DNA of 64,000 nucleotides from Escherichia coli (GTDB lineage Bacteria; Pseudomonadota; Gammaproteobacteria; Enterobacterales; Enterobacteriaceae): NCBI RefSeq assembly GCF_003334785.1, contig NZ_QOWV01000017.1; one strand, 5' to 3'. Shown piece by piece: positions 9,404 to 20,668 of this stretch (position 1 is its first letter; each line of letters starts with the position of its first letter). The notes under the pieces were generated by a model. It saw only the letters and a program-made list of their open reading frames with translations, ran no database searches and was not told where the DNA came from. The position numbers and the translations under genes were made by a program.

Positions 9404-9901
9404 ATGAACGGACTCACGGCAACGGGTGTCACCGTCGGTATTTGTGCAGGGCTTTGGCAGTTAGTGTCTTCACATGTCGGGCTCTCTCAAGGATGGGAAT
9501 TATTAGGAACCATTGGCTTCGTCGCCTTTTGCAGTTTTTATGCCGCAGGCGGCGGTAAATCGGGGTTTATCAGAAGTCTGGCGGTTAATTATTCCGGGAT
9601 GGTGTGGGCGTTTTTCGCCGCGCTGACTGCTGGTTGGCTGGCCTCTGTAAGTGGACTGTCCGCGTTCTGGGCGAGCGTAATTACTACCGTACCCTTCTCG
9701 GCGGTAGTGGTCTGGCAAGGGCGTTTCTGGTTACTGTCCTTTATTCCCGGTGGCTTTCTCGGCATGACGCTGTTTTTTGCCAGCGGGATGAACTGGACGG
9801 TGACGTTACTGGGTTTTCTGGCGGGTAACTGCGTGGGGGTAATTTCAGAATATGGTGGACAAAAATTAAGCGAAGCGACGACTAAACGCGACGGGTATTA
9901 A
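9404..9901 (+). CDS. yahC: small inner-membrane protein (about four hydrophobic helices)
   Basis: 165 aa, strongly hydrophobic; recognised as YahC. Confidence 0.8.
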   Translation: MNGLTATGVTVGICAGLWQLVSSHVGLSQGWELLGTIGFVAFCSFYAAGGGKSGFIRSLAVNYSGMVWAFFAALTAGWLASVSGLSAFWASVITTVPFSAVVVWQGRFWLLSFIPGGFLGMTLFFASGMNWTVTLLGFLAGNCVGVISEYGGQKLSEATTKRDGY

Positions 9902-9992
9902 AAGTTATTCAAAAATGATTATCTATCTTTAACCGATACCTCTACAGTCATAGCTGGAGAAATTCATAGTAGATAATGGCGAGAATGGTTTA

Positions 9993-10925
9993 ATGAACTC
10001 AATTTTTACCGAAGAGAATCTGTTGGCATTTACTACCGCTGCGCGTTTTGGCAGCTTCAGTAAAGCCGCAGAAGAGTTGGGTTTAACCACTTCCGCCATT
10101 AGCTACACCATTAAGCGTATGGAGACGGGGCTGGATGTGGTGCTGTTCACTCGCAGTACCCGCAGCATTGAGTTAACGGAGTCCGGGCGTTATTTTTTCC
10201 GCAAAGCTACCGACCTGCTGAATGATTTTTATGCCATCAAACGCAGTATCGATACTATTTCGCAGGGCATAGAAGCGCGTGTGCGCATTTGTATTAATCA
10301 GCTGCTTTATACGCCCAAACACACCGCACGCTTGTTACAGGTGCTGAAAAAGCAGTTTCCTACCTGCCAGATTACCGTCACCACCGAAGTGTATAACGGC
10401 GTCTGGGATGCGATTATTAATAATCAGGCCAATATCGCCATCGGCGCACCCGATACACTACTGGACGGCGGCGGTATTGATTACACTGAAATTGGCGCGA
10501 TTCGCTGGGCTTTTGCTATCGCCCCGGATCACCCGTTAGCCTTTGTGCCGGAACCCATCGCCGAAAGCCAACTGCGTCTCTACCCTAATATTATGGTGGA
10601 GGACACCGCGCATACGATTAATAAAAAAGTGGGCTGGTTGCTGCACGGGCAGGAGTCAATTCTGGTGCCAGATTTCAACACCAAATGTCAGTGCCAGATT
10701 TTAGGTGAAGGAATTGGTTTTTTGCCGGATTACATGGTCCGTGAGGCGATGACGCAATCCCTGCTGGTTACCCGACAAATCCATAATCCGCGCCAGGATT
10801 CGCGCATGTTACTGGCGACTCAGCATTCTGCTACGGGTCAGGTGACGCAGTGGATTAAAAAACAATTTGCGCCAAATGGCATATTAACGGGGATCTATCA
10901 GGATTTACTGCATCGGGAGAATTAA
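9993..10925 (+). CDS. yahB: LysR-family transcriptional regulator
   Basis: 310 aa; N-terminal HTH (FSKAAEELGLTTSAISYTIKRME) plus LysR substrate-binding domain. Confidence 0.9.
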   Translation: MNSIFTEENLLAFTTAARFGSFSKAAEELGLTTSAISYTIKRMETGLDVVLFTRSTRSIELTESGRYFFRKATDLLNDFYAIKRSIDTISQGIEARVRICINQLLYTPKHTARLLQVLKKQFPTCQITVTTEVYNGVWDAIINNQANIAIGAPDTLLDGGGIDYTEIGAIRWAFAIAPDHPLAFVPEPIAESQLRLYPNIMVEDTAHTINKKVGWLLHGQESILVPDFNTKCQCQILGEGIGFLPDYMVREAMTQSLLVTRQIHNPRQDSRMLLATQHSATGQVTQWIKKQFAPNGILTGIYQDLLHREN

Positions 10926-10966
10926 TCGCTGCCAACCTCCCGATGCGCTGTGAATAGCGGTTTACA

Positions 10967-12055
10967 TCAACCACCTGCTTTCATTACCCATTCAGAGATA
11001 AATTTATTACCCGGTACTGGCGGAGAGTACAAATAGCCCTGCAAAAAGTGAACGCCTTTACCGATCATTAAATCCGCCTGCTCCTGGGTTTCTACCCCTT
11101 CCGCCACGATACTCAGACCAGGCTTACGCGCTAGTTCGACAATATTGTCCACAATATGACCGGAGATTTCGTCGACACTCGCCATTTGCACAAATGACTT
11201 ATCGATCTTAATAAAATCGACCGGGAACGCCTGCAAGTAACGATAGGTCGCATAACCCGTACCAAAGTCATCCAGCGCAAAGGTAATGTTGTGCTGATGA
11301 AGGCTGTCAAATATCGCTCTGGCTTCTGGCGTTACCGGAATAGGGTTACGTTCCGTTAGCTCGAGAACCAGCTTGATTTTATCGTTACCTAATTTATTAA
11401 CCAGGTTCAGACACTCTTTTTCAAATCCCGCTGCCAAAAAACAACCCGCCGAGACGTTGATGCCAATATGGAAATTGTCCGGCAGCAAATGTTTTACCGG
11501 CATCAGAATATCCGCAGTCTGTTTCATCAGTTGGCGGGTCATTATGACAATAAGACCGGATGACTCCGCCAGAGGAATAAACTGATCCGGTGGGATAATT
11601 CCCGTTTGTGGATGTTCCCAGCGGACAAGCACCTCACAGCCCGTCAGTACCCCAGTCTGCGCGCAGAAAACCGGTTGGATCCACGGTTTGAATTCGTGGT
11701 TTTCCAACGCCAGACTGATGGCTTCAGGCGTGACGATATGGTGATAGTGATTATCATTAATATATCTGTGACTATTACTCCCCGTGGCGGATATGATCTC
11801 CGGATTGTACTGAAAGAAAATATCGCGCCAGAAAGTAATATCGCTCTGAATCCCCAGTTTCTCAAAGAGCTGTTTCTTTTGATGTGAAATTGTCTTTGCA
11901 CTGCGATTTCTGTACTGTGATATTTCTGTTACAGACATTCCCTGCATCAGCAGCTTGAGTAGCAGTCGTTCTTTCTCGGATACGCTACCAGGCAATGACA
12001 AATGAACCGTTGTACCGAACTCTTGCAGAAAAACACGAAAATCACATGAATTCAT
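10967..12055 (-). CDS. pdeL: c-di-GMP phosphodiesterase and transcription factor PdeL (LuxR-type HTH + EAL domain)
   Basis: ATG at 12055 gives 362 aa; N-terminal LuxR HTH; EAL-domain motifs (ELTE, DDFGTGY); the track's longer ORF would start on GTG at 12061. Confidence 0.9.
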   Translation of the reverse strand: MNSCDFRVFLQEFGTTVHLSLPGSVSEKERLLLKLLMQGMSVTEISQYRNRSAKTISHQKKQLFEKLGIQSDITFWRDIFFQYNPEIISATGSNSHRYINDNHYHHIVTPEAISLALENHEFKPWIQPVFCAQTGVLTGCEVLVRWEHPQTGIIPPDQFIPLAESSGLIVIMTRQLMKQTADILMPVKHLLPDNFHIGINVSAGCFLAAGFEKECLNLVNKLGNDKIKLVLELTERNPIPVTPEARAIFDSLHQHNITFALDDFGTGYATYRYLQAFPVDFIKIDKSFVQMASVDEISGHIVDNIVELARKPGLSIVAEGVETQEQADLMIGKGVHFLQGYLYSPPVPGNKFISEWVMKAGG

Positions 12056-12929
12056 GAACACACCTTTATCTTTTATCGCTGTTCAGTATGAGTGATTACC
12101 TGTCGATTCCTGAGCACACATAAGGGGTAACCATAAACATCAGCGATGCCATACGTATAACATCCCACATCACTATCAAGAAGATTATCTTTACCTCTGA
12201 TGCTCGCTCAAAAACAGTTACGCTAAATACCTTAAAAAGGTAATCACAAGTCAAACTCAGGAGATAATCACGCAAGAATGCAATATTAAAATTCAGATAC
12301 TCATTTTTGGTAATAAAGAAGTAGTTGGACTATTTCAATATTTATAATTTCCCACTACATACTGGCATCCATTCATGAGCAAAGGCGCATTATATGAATT
12401 TAACAATCCAGATCAACTGAAAATACCTCTCCCTCATAAACACATAGCGTCAACATTCAATGACATAATGAGTAAAGATGTTGGTTATGCATACGTATCA
12501 TTACTCTATGCCTGTCCCTTAAAAACCCACTCATTAAGACTGAATCCATTCAGCAAATGATAACCAATATTATAGCAATGCCAATAAAAACAATATTTAA
12601 AACATTCAATAAAATATCACACACAGATAATTAAACCTTAAATAACAAATGGTTGCGTTAATTTCAGTTGATTTACGATACACATTTCTCATGAATAATG
12701 CGTCATTTCAAATGATCAGCAATATTTACATTAAATAAGACTAAACTTATTGAACATTCGCAACAGCCCAAATGTAGGTTTTGGGCTGCAATAGTTCTTT
12801 TCTTTTTTATTATCTGTTGTCTGGTAATCATCAATAGATACTAAGGGCTTAACCGTATAGATATAACGTATCAAGAGGTAGGAGAAACAGCGCCATATGC
12901 AGACATGGCGCGGTTTTATGCAATAACAA

Positions 12930-14963
12930 TCACGCGTCCGGGAACATCACGCTATGGCCCGGCGCTTCACGATGGAGATGAATAAAGTTAAGGTGCCGCT
13001 CGTACTGGTCAAGAATATCGGTGATCACCTGCTCTTTGCTGTAGTCCATCAGGTCGTTGCCCTGGCTGCCTTCTAACAGGAAGGTTTCCAGCCGGTAGTA
13101 GGTCGATTTACCGCTGCGTGCGCGGTAGGTAAAGCCCGGCACCGAATATTGCTGCGGCCAAATCTGATAGACAAAGTTTTGCTCTTCGCCCATATGCACC
13201 AACAAATCCAGATGACCCAACTGCTGTCCCTCTTCCGGTGGCAGGCTTTTTAGCTCCACGTACGCGCCGCGCAACCGCAACTCCTGCGCCACTTCTTCCA
13301 TTGCCGGGTAACAGACCGTCTCCATCATCTGTTTAGTGTAACGCGTGCCCGGATAATTCATCAGGCGCGAGAGACGTTTTTTCCAGCTCAGGCGATCCTG
13401 AAGCCCCAGCGGTCGCGGTGCGGTATCGCGGTTGGCACTTTCACGGCGGTAATCTTCTACCTTCAGAGATTTATACAACCCCGCCATCACGAAGAAGATC
13501 ACAAAGCTGAACGGCAGCCCCATAATCACCGTGGTGTTTTGCAGCGCGGATATCCCGTTAGTCATCAGCATGCCGAGCGTCAGCAGGCCAATCGCCACCG
13601 ACCAGAAGACGCGCAGCCAGCCGGGGGCGTCGCTGTTGATATCTTTAAGCTGCGAGGTGAAATTCCCCAGCACCAGCGCCCCGGAGTCCGCCGAGGTCAC
13701 ATAAAACAGCAGGCCAGTAATGGTGGCGACGGAGGCGCTAAAGGTAAACGCCGGATACTGCGCCAGCAGGCTGTAGAAGCCGCGCTCCGGATGGACCATC
13801 GCTTCCTCGGCAAATGCCGCGCCGCCGTGGATGATTTCATACAGCGCGCTATTGCCGAACACCGAGAGCCATAACAGCGTGAAGGTAAACGGAATAATCA
13901 ACGTGCCCAGCACGAACTGGCGAATGGTACGCCCACGCGAGATACGCGCCAGGAACAAGCCGACAAACGGCGACCATGCCACCCACCATGCCCAGAAGAA
14001 GAGCGTCCAGTTATTCATCCACTCAACCGGACGGTCGAAGGCAAAACTGTTGAGCGTCATGCCCATAAAGCGATTCACATAGTCGCCAACATTCAGCACC
14101 AGTGCATTAAGCAGGAACGAAGTGTCGCCCATAAACAATACGAACAGGATCAATCCCAGCGCCAGCGCGACATTAAGCTCCGATAACACGCGAATGCCCT
14201 TATCGACACCGGAGGTGACAGAGATCGTGGCGATTATCACCGACAAGGCGATCAGTGCCGCTTTCGCCGCCATCGAATCGGGAATATCAAACAGTACGCT
14301 CAAGCCATAGTTAAGCTGCACCACACCGATACCGAGCGTAGTGGCAATACCGAAGATAGTGCCGATCACCGCTGCAATATCCACTGAGTGACCTATCGGC
14401 CCGTTAATCCGTTTACCGAAGATCGGGTACAGCGCCGAGCGGATGGTGAGCGGCAAATTATAACGATAGCTAAAGTATCCGAGCGCCATGCCCATCAGCG
14501 CATACATCGACCAGCCGGTTAAGCCGTAGTGAAACAGCGTCCAGACCATCGCCTGACGCGCGGCCTCAATCGTCTGTCCCGCGCCTTCCGGCGGCTGCAT
14601 ATACTGCGTTACCGGTTCGGCTACGGAGAAGAACATCAGGTCGATACCGATCCCGGCAGCAAACAGCATCGCCGCCCAACTCAGCAGGCTGAATTCCGGT
14701 TTGGATTGTTCTGGCCCGAGCTTCACCGAACCAAAACGCGAACAAGCGATACAGACCACAAAGACAATATAGAGCGTTGCCGCCAGCAGATAGTACCAAC
14801 CGAAGGTTTTAGAAACCCAGTCCAGCGTGCGGCCAATCCACAGGGCCGAGAAGTCGCGAAACAGGATCGTTGTCAGGGAAAACAACAAAATCAGTCCGGC
14901 GGAGGTGTAAAACACCACCGGATTGATTTTGTCCTTTTCCCTGCTGTGTGAAAGGTCTGTCAT
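12930..14963 (-). CDS. betT: choline transporter, BCCT family
   Basis: 677 aa polytopic membrane protein with long cytoplasmic C-terminal tail. Confidence 0.95.
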   Translation of the reverse strand: MTDLSHSREKDKINPVVFYTSAGLILLFSLTTILFRDFSALWIGRTLDWVSKTFGWYYLLAATLYIVFVVCIACSRFGSVKLGPEQSKPEFSLLSWAAMLFAAGIGIDLMFFSVAEPVTQYMQPPEGAGQTIEAARQAMVWTLFHYGLTGWSMYALMGMALGYFSYRYNLPLTIRSALYPIFGKRINGPIGHSVDIAAVIGTIFGIATTLGIGVVQLNYGLSVLFDIPDSMAAKAALIALSVIIATISVTSGVDKGIRVLSELNVALALGLILFVLFMGDTSFLLNALVLNVGDYVNRFMGMTLNSFAFDRPVEWMNNWTLFFWAWWVAWSPFVGLFLARISRGRTIRQFVLGTLIIPFTFTLLWLSVFGNSALYEIIHGGAAFAEEAMVHPERGFYSLLAQYPAFTFSASVATITGLLFYVTSADSGALVLGNFTSQLKDINSDAPGWLRVFWSVAIGLLTLGMLMTNGISALQNTTVIMGLPFSFVIFFVMAGLYKSLKVEDYRRESANRDTAPRPLGLQDRLSWKKRLSRLMNYPGTRYTKQMMETVCYPAMEEVAQELRLRGAYVELKSLPPEEGQQLGHLDLLVHMGEEQNFVYQIWPQQYSVPGFTYRARSGKSTYYRLETFLLEGSQGNDLMDYSKEQVITDILDQYERHLNFIHLHREAPGHSVMFPDA

Positions 14964-15027
14964 CCAGTATCCCCACTGTTATTGTTACTATTTAAAATCA
15001 AATTCGTAACAATTAAGACACATTTTA

Positions 15028-15047
15028 TATTGAACGTCCAATCAATA
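15028..15047. promoter_or_regulatory. dyad-symmetric element TATTGAACGTCCAATCAATA in the betT-betI divergent promoter region; candidate BetI (TetR-type) operator
   Basis: Arms TATTGA/TCAATA read directly, 45 bp upstream of betI start; assignment to BetI is inference. Confidence 0.4.
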
Positions 15048-15091
15048 ACCGCTTTAATAGATAAACACCGCTGATGAATGGAGTGGCGAAA

Positions 15092-15679
15092 ATGCCCAAA
15101 TTGGGGATGCAGTCGATCCGGCGCAGACAACTGATCGACGCCACACTGGAAGCAATAAATGAAGTGGGCATGCACGATGCAACGATCGCGCAGATCGCCC
15201 GCCGTGCAGGCGTTTCTACGGGGATCATCAGCCACTATTTCAGGGACAAAAATGGTCTGCTGGAAGCAACCATGCGCGATATCACCAGTCAGCTGCGTGA
15301 CGCGGTTTTGAATCGATTACATGCACTTCCGCAGGGCAGTGCAGAGCAGCGATTACAGGCGATTGTTGGCGGAAACTTCGATGAAACGCAGGTGAGCAGT
15401 GCGGCGATGAAAGCCTGGCTGGCGTTCTGGGCCAGCAGTATGCATCAGCCGATGCTCTATCGTTTACAGCAGGTCAGCAGCCGCCGCTTGCTGTCGAATC
15501 TGGTGAGCGAGTTTCGTCGCGAATTGCCGCGCGAACAGGCACAGGAAGCGGGCTACGGCCTGGCCGCGCTGATTGATGGATTATGGCTGCGCGCGGCTCT
15601 GAGCGGCAAACCGCTGGATAAAACCCGCGCTAATTCCCTGACCCGCCACTTTATCACTCAGCATCTACCCACCGATTAA
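15092..15679 (+). CDS. betI: TetR-family repressor of the bet regulon
   Basis: Start at [19 protein letters not shown] (195 aa); TetR HTH. Confidence 0.9.
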
Positions 15680-15692
15680 CCGAGGAGACGTG

Positions 15693-17165
15693 ATGTCCCG
15701 AATGGCAGAACAGCAGCTTTATATACATGGTGGTTATACCTCCGCCACCAGCGGTCGCACCTTCGAGACCATTAACCCGGCCAACGGTAACGTGCTGGCG
15801 ACCGTGCAGGCCGCCGGGCGCGAGGATGTCGATCGCGCCGTGAAAAGCGCCCAGCAGGGGCAAAAAATCTGGGCGTCGATGACCGCCATGGAGCGCTCGC
15901 GTATTCTGCGTCGGGCCGTTGATATTCTGCGTGAACGCAATGACGAACTCGCAAAACTGGAAACCCTCGACACCGGAAAAGCATATTCGGAAACCTCAAC
16001 CGTCGATATCGTTACCGGTGCGGACGTGCTGGAGTACTACGCCGGGCTGATCCCGGCGCTGGAAGGCAGCCAGATCCCGTTGCGTGAAACGTCCTTTGTG
16101 TATACCCGCCGCGAACCGCTGGGCGTAGTGGCAGGGATTGGCGCATGGAACTACCCGATCCAGATTGCCCTGTGGAAATCCGCCCCGGCGCTGGCGGCAG
16201 GCAACGCAATGATTTTCAAACCGAGCGAAGTTACCCCGCTTACCGCGTTAAAGCTGGCTGAAATTTACAGCGAAGCGGGCCTGCCGGACGGCGTATTTAA
16301 CGTGTTGCCGGGCGTGGGCGCGGAGACCGGGCAATATCTGACCGAGCATCCGGGCATTGCCAAAGTGTCATTTACCGGCGGTGTCGCCAGCGGCAAAAAA
16401 GTGATGGCTAACTCGGCGGCCTCTTCCCTGAAAGAAGTGACCATGGAACTGGGCGGTAAATCACCGCTGATCGTTTTCGATGATGCGGATCTCGATCTCG
16501 CCGCCGATATCGCCATGATGGCAAACTTCTTCAGCTCCGGTCAGGTGTGTACCAATGGCACCCGCGTCTTCGTTCCGGCGAAATGCAAAGCCGCATTTGA
16601 GCAGAAAATTCTGGCGCGCGTTGAGCGCATTCGCGCGGGCGACGTTTTCGATCCGCAAACTAACTTCGGCCCGCTGGTCAGCTTCCCGCATCGCGATAAC
16701 GTGCTGCGCTATATCGCCAAAGGCAAAGAGGAAGGCGCGCGCGTACTGTGCGGCGGCGATGTACTGAAAGGCGATGGCTTCGATAACGGCGCATGGGTTG
16801 CACCGACAGTGTTCACCGATTGCAGCGACGATATGACCATCGTGCGTGAAGAGATCTTCGGGCCAGTGATGTCCATTCTGACCTACGAGTCGGAAGACGA
16901 AGTCATTCGCCGCGCTAACGATACCGACTACGGCCTGGCGGCGGGCATCGTGACAGCGGACCTGAACCGCGCGCATCGCGTCATTCATCAGCTGGAAGCG
17001 GGTATTTGCTGGATCAACACCTGGGGCGAATCCCCGGCAGAGATGCCCGTTGGCGGCTACAAACACTCCGGCATTGGTCGCGAGAACGGCGTGATGACGC
17101 TCCAGAGTTACACCCAGGTGAAGTCCATCCAGGTTGAGATGGCTAAATTCCAGTCCATATTCTAA
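15693..17165 (+). CDS. betB: betaine aldehyde dehydrogenase
   Basis: 490 aa; aldehyde dehydrogenase motifs [10 protein letters not shown] and catalytic Cys in [15 protein letters not shown]. Confidence 0.95.
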   Translation: MSRMAEQQLYIHGGYTSATSGRTFETINPANGNVLATVQAAGREDVDRAVKSAQQGQKIWASMTAMERSRILRRAVDILRERNDELAKLETLDTGKAYSETSTVDIVTGADVLEYYAGLIPALEGSQIPLRETSFVYTRREPLGVVAGIGAWNYPIQIALWKSAPALAAGNAMIFKPSEVTPLTALKLAEIYSEAGLPDGVFNVLPGVGAETGQYLTEHPGIAKVSFTGGVASGKKVMANSAASSLKEVTMELGGKSPLIVFDDADLDLAADIAMMANFFSSGQVCTNGTRVFVPAKCKAAFEQKILARVERIRAGDVFDPQTNFGPLVSFPHRDNVLRYIAKGKEEGARVLCGGDVLKGDGFDNGAWVAPTVFTDCSDDMTIVREEIFGPVMSILTYESEDEVIRRANDTDYGLAAGIVTADLNRAHRVIHQLEAGICWINTWGESPAEMPVGGYKHSGIGRENGVMTLQSYTQVKSIQVEMAKFQSIF

Positions 17166-17178
17166 CCAGGAGGTTTAT

Positions 17179-18849
17179 TTGCAATTTGACTACATCATTA
17201 TTGGTGCCGGCTCAGCCGGCAACGTTCTCGCTACCCGTCTGACTGAAGATCCGAATACCTCCGTGCTGCTGCTTGAAGCGGGCGGCCCGGACTATCGCTT
17301 TGACTTCCGCACCCAGATGCCCGCTGCCCTGGCATTCCCGCTACAGGGTAAACGCTACAACTGGGCCTATGAAACGGAACCTGAACCGTTTATGAATAAC
17401 CGCCGCATGGAGTGCGGACGCGGTAAAGGTCTGGGTGGATCGTCGCTGATCAACGGCATGTGCTACATCCGTGGCAATGCGCTGGATCTCGATAACTGGG
17501 CGCAAGAACCCGGTCTGGAGAACTGGAGCTACCTCGACTGCCTGCCCTACTACCGCAAGGCCGAGACTCGCGATATGGGTGAAAACGACTATCACGGCGG
17601 TGATGGCCCGGTGAGCGTCACTACCTCCAAACCCGGCGTCAATCCGCTGTTTGAAGCGATGATTGAAGCGGGCGTGCAGGCGGGCTACCCGCGCACGGAC
17701 GATCTCAACGGTTATCAGCAGGAAGGTTTTGGTCCGATGGATCGCACCGTCACGCCGCAGGGCCGTCGCGCCAGCACCGCGCGTGGCTATCTCGATCAGG
17801 CCAAATCGCGTCCTAACCTGACCATTCGTACTCACGCTATGACCGATCACATCATTTTTGACGGCAAACGCGCGGTGGGCGTCGAATGGCTGGAAGGCGA
17901 CAGCACCATCCCAACCCGCGCAACGGCCAACAAAGAAGTGCTGTTATGTGCAGGCGCGATTGCCTCACCGCAGATCCTGCAACGCTCCGGCGTCGGCAAC
18001 GCTGAACTGCTGGCGGAGTTTGATATTCCGCTGGTGCATGAATTACCCGGCGTCGGCGAAAATCTTCAGGATCATCTGGAGATGTATCTGCAATATGAGT
18101 GCAAAGAACCGGTTTCCCTCTACCCTGCCCTGCAGTGGTGGAACCAGCCGAAAATCGGTGCGGAGTGGCTGTTTGGCGGCACTGGCGTTGGTGCCAGCAA
18201 CCACTTTGAAGCAGGTGGATTTATTCGCAGCCGTGAGGAATTTGCGTGGCCGAATATTCAGTACCATTTCCTGCCAGTAGCGATTAACTATAACGGCTCG
18301 AATGCAGTGAAAGAGCACGGTTTCCAGTGCCACGTCGGCTCAATGCGCTCGCCAAGCCGTGGGCATGTGCGGATTAAATCCCGCGACCCGCACCAGCATC
18401 CGGCGATTCTGTTTAACTACATGTCGCACGAGCAGGACTGGCAGGAGTTCCGCGACGCAATTCGCATCACCCGCGAGATCATGCATCAACCCGCGCTGGA
18501 TCAGTATCGTGGCCGCGAAATCAGCCCCGGTGTCGAATGCCAGACGGATGAACAGCTCGATGAGTTCGTGCGTAACCACGCCGAAACCGCCTTCCATCCG
18601 TGCGGTACCTGCAAAATGGGTTACGACGAGATGTCCGTGGTTGACGGCGAAGGCCGCGTACACGGGTTAGAAGGCCTGCGTGTGGTGGATGCGTCGATTA
18701 TGCCGCAGATTATCACCGGGAATTTGAACGCCACGACAATTATGATTGGCGAGAAAATAGCGGATATGATTCGTGGACAGGAAGCGCTGCCGAGGAGCAC
18801 GGCGGGATATTTTGTGGCAAATGGGATGCCGGTGAGAGCGAAAAAATGA
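17179..18849 (+). CDS. betA: choline dehydrogenase (GMC oxidoreductase, FAD)
   Basis: 556 aa beginning at in-frame TTG ([15 protein letters not shown], GxGxxG FAD motif) 5 nt downstream of AGGAGG at 17168-17173. Confidence 0.9.
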   Translation: MQFDYIIIGAGSAGNVLATRLTEDPNTSVLLLEAGGPDYRFDFRTQMPAALAFPLQGKRYNWAYETEPEPFMNNRRMECGRGKGLGGSSLINGMCYIRGNALDLDNWAQEPGLENWSYLDCLPYYRKAETRDMGENDYHGGDGPVSVTTSKPGVNPLFEAMIEAGVQAGYPRTDDLNGYQQEGFGPMDRTVTPQGRRASTARGYLDQAKSRPNLTIRTHAMTDHIIFDGKRAVGVEWLEGDSTIPTRATANKEVLLCAGAIASPQILQRSGVGNAELLAEFDIPLVHELPGVGENLQDHLEMYLQYECKEPVSLYPALQWWNQPKIGAEWLFGGTGVGASNHFEAGGFIRSREEFAWPNIQYHFLPVAINYNGSNAVKEHGFQCHVGSMRSPSRGHVRIKSRDPHQHPAILFNYMSHEQDWQEFRDAIRITREIMHQPALDQYRGREISPGVECQTDEQLDEFVRNHAETAFHPCGTCKMGYDEMSVVDGEGRVHGLEGLRVVDASIMPQIITGNLNATTIMIGEKIADMIRGQEALPRSTAGYFVANGMPVRAKK

Positions 18850-19061
18850 GTCGTGATGTGAACTAACGCAGGAACCGATCAGATTGAGAGTTACCGTTCC
18901 AGAGAGGGGGACCGAATCCTTATATAAACACTGAGGTAACTCTCATGCTTCATATCCAGTATTCATGATGCGGGCTTTTTGCTGATATTTAACCCGAACA
19001 TTCCTGATACAGACTATTAATACAACCTTATCTGCGACAGATTTTATTCTCTGGATATATT

Positions 19062-19730
19062 ATGCGTGAACAAATCAAACAGGATATCGATCTGATTGAG
19101 ATTTTATTTTATCTGAAGAAAAAGATTCGTGTTATCCTTTTTATTATGGCTATATGTATGGCTATGGTGCTGTTGTTTCTGTATATCAATAAAGACAATA
19201 TAAAAGTGATTTACAGCCTAAAAATAAACCAGACAACGCCAGGTATACTTGTTAGCTGTGATAGCAATAATAATTTTGCCTGTCAGACTACAATGACTGA
19301 AGATGTTATTCAGCGAATTACTACATTTTTTCACACCAGCCCAGATGTCAAGAACAGAGAAATAAGGCTGGAATGGTCAGGAGATAAGAGAGCTTTACCA
19401 ACTGCTGAAGAGGAAATATCTCGCGTGCAGGCCTCTATTATCAAATGGTATGCGTCAGAATATCATAATGGCAGGCAAGTTCTCGATGAGATACAAACGC
19501 CTTCAGCAATTAACAGTGAGCTTTATACAAAAATGATATACCTGACCAGGAACTGGTCATTGTATCCGAACGGTGATGGCTGTGTAACTATAAGCTCACC
19601 AGAAATAAAAAATAAATACCCTGCTGCCATTTGCCTGGCTCTGGGATTTTTTCTAAGCATTGTAATTTCTGTAATGTTTTGCCTTGTCAAAAAAATGGTA
19701 GATGAATACCAACAAAACTCTGGGCAGTAA
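19062..19730 (+). CDS. ykgH: bitopic membrane protein with N- and C-terminal TM helices, AT-rich coding sequence
   Basis: 222 aa ORF; hydrophobic segments at residues ~25-45 and ~190-212; low GC relative to neighbours. Confidence 0.75.
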   Translation: MREQIKQDIDLIEILFYLKKKIRVILFIMAICMAMVLLFLYINKDNIKVIYSLKINQTTPGILVSCDSNNNFACQTTMTEDVIQRITTFFHTSPDVKNREIRLEWSGDKRALPTAEEEISRVQASIIKWYASEYHNGRQVLDEIQTPSAINSELYTKMIYLTRNWSLYPNGDGCVTISSPEIKNKYPAAICLALGFFLSIVISVMFCLVKKMVDEYQQNSGQ

Positions 19731-19972
19731 TAAACAACATTCTGATAGAGAGTGCCTGTATAAAGCTGAAGTGACAATGACCGGGAAGGGAACCCGTTTT
19801 CAGGAATGGATGCCTGTCTTTTTCACTGTAAATATCCTGGCATTGGTAATACCAGGATATTTACAGAAGAGCAGCATAACCATGACGGAACGGGGTTAAG
19901 TCAGGTTGTCCTAAACGCTATTTTCAACCTCGTATGCCTTCTTCAGGTTTATGTCCAGACTTCATATCTCTC

Positions 19973-20668
19973 TCAACAATCCTCAATAATCAGATACACC
20001 GCTTTCACCGGGCCATGAACTCCGACGACTTTGATAAGCTCAATATCCGCCGTTGAACTGGGGCCGCTAATGATGTTAATGCAGGAAGGCATTCGTTCAC
20101 CGGCCTGCGCTTTCTGATGCAATTTTTCTGCGAGTTGCGCTACACGCGGCAGGATAGTGCTTTTACGCAGGATAAAAAGAGAATATTCCGGGAGCAGGCT
20201 CAATGAACGCCCGCGCTCGGCGGCGGAAAAAAGAACCACGCCTCCCGATTCGGTTAAACCATATTCAGCATACACAACACCCACTTTAGCCTGCTCTGCC
20301 TGCGAGATATTCTCGGCACCTTTCGCCGGATCCCAAACAACGGCATTGCATTCCTGCTGCAAACGTTCGCTAATCCCCAATTCCTCCAGCCTCGTGTCAC
20401 CGCTAATCACGACCGACTGATCTCCCAGCTCTTTACACAGACGTATTGCAGCTTCTGCCGCCTTCGCCTCGCTGGTCAGCTCACAGCGCGTCAACATAAC
20501 ATCGCTGGCAAACTGAATAAACGCGTCACAGCGCTGCTGTTGGTTAAGTTGGGTAAGCCGCTCGTTAGCATAGTTGTTAAGCGGCGCATCTTCTGCTTGC
20601 GGTTCAAGTCGCAGCGGGCGACCCAGTGCCTGAGCAACGTTATTCAAAAATTCGCCTCGATTATCCAT
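19973..20668 (-). CDS. ykgG: LutC-like lactate utilization protein (DUF162)
   Basis: Start set at MDNRGEF (231 aa); 8-nt overlap with ykgF. Confidence 0.85.
   Translation of the reverse strand: MDNRGEFLNNVAQALGRPLRLEPQAEDAPLNNYANERLTQLNQQQRCDAFIQFASDVMLTRCELTSEAKAAEAAIRLCKELGDQSVVISGDTRLEELGISERLQQECNAVVWDPAKGAENISQAEQAKVGVVYAEYGLTESGGVVLFSAAERGRSLSLLPEYSLFILRKSTILPRVAQLAEKLHQKAQAGERMPSCINIISGPSSTADIELIKVVGVHGPVKAVYLIIEDC

Noticed and set aside
12375-12560. 61-aa plus-strand ORF in the pdeL-betT intergenic region.
   Set aside because: AT-rich context, no SD and a low-complexity translation; more consistent with promoter or H-NS-bound DNA.
17134-17178. Longer betA start at 17134 as in the ORF track.
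   Set aside because: It lacks an SD, overlaps the betB 3' end, and adds a non-conserved N-terminal extension. The TTG at 17179 with an AGGAGG SD gives the canonical FAD-binding N-terminus.
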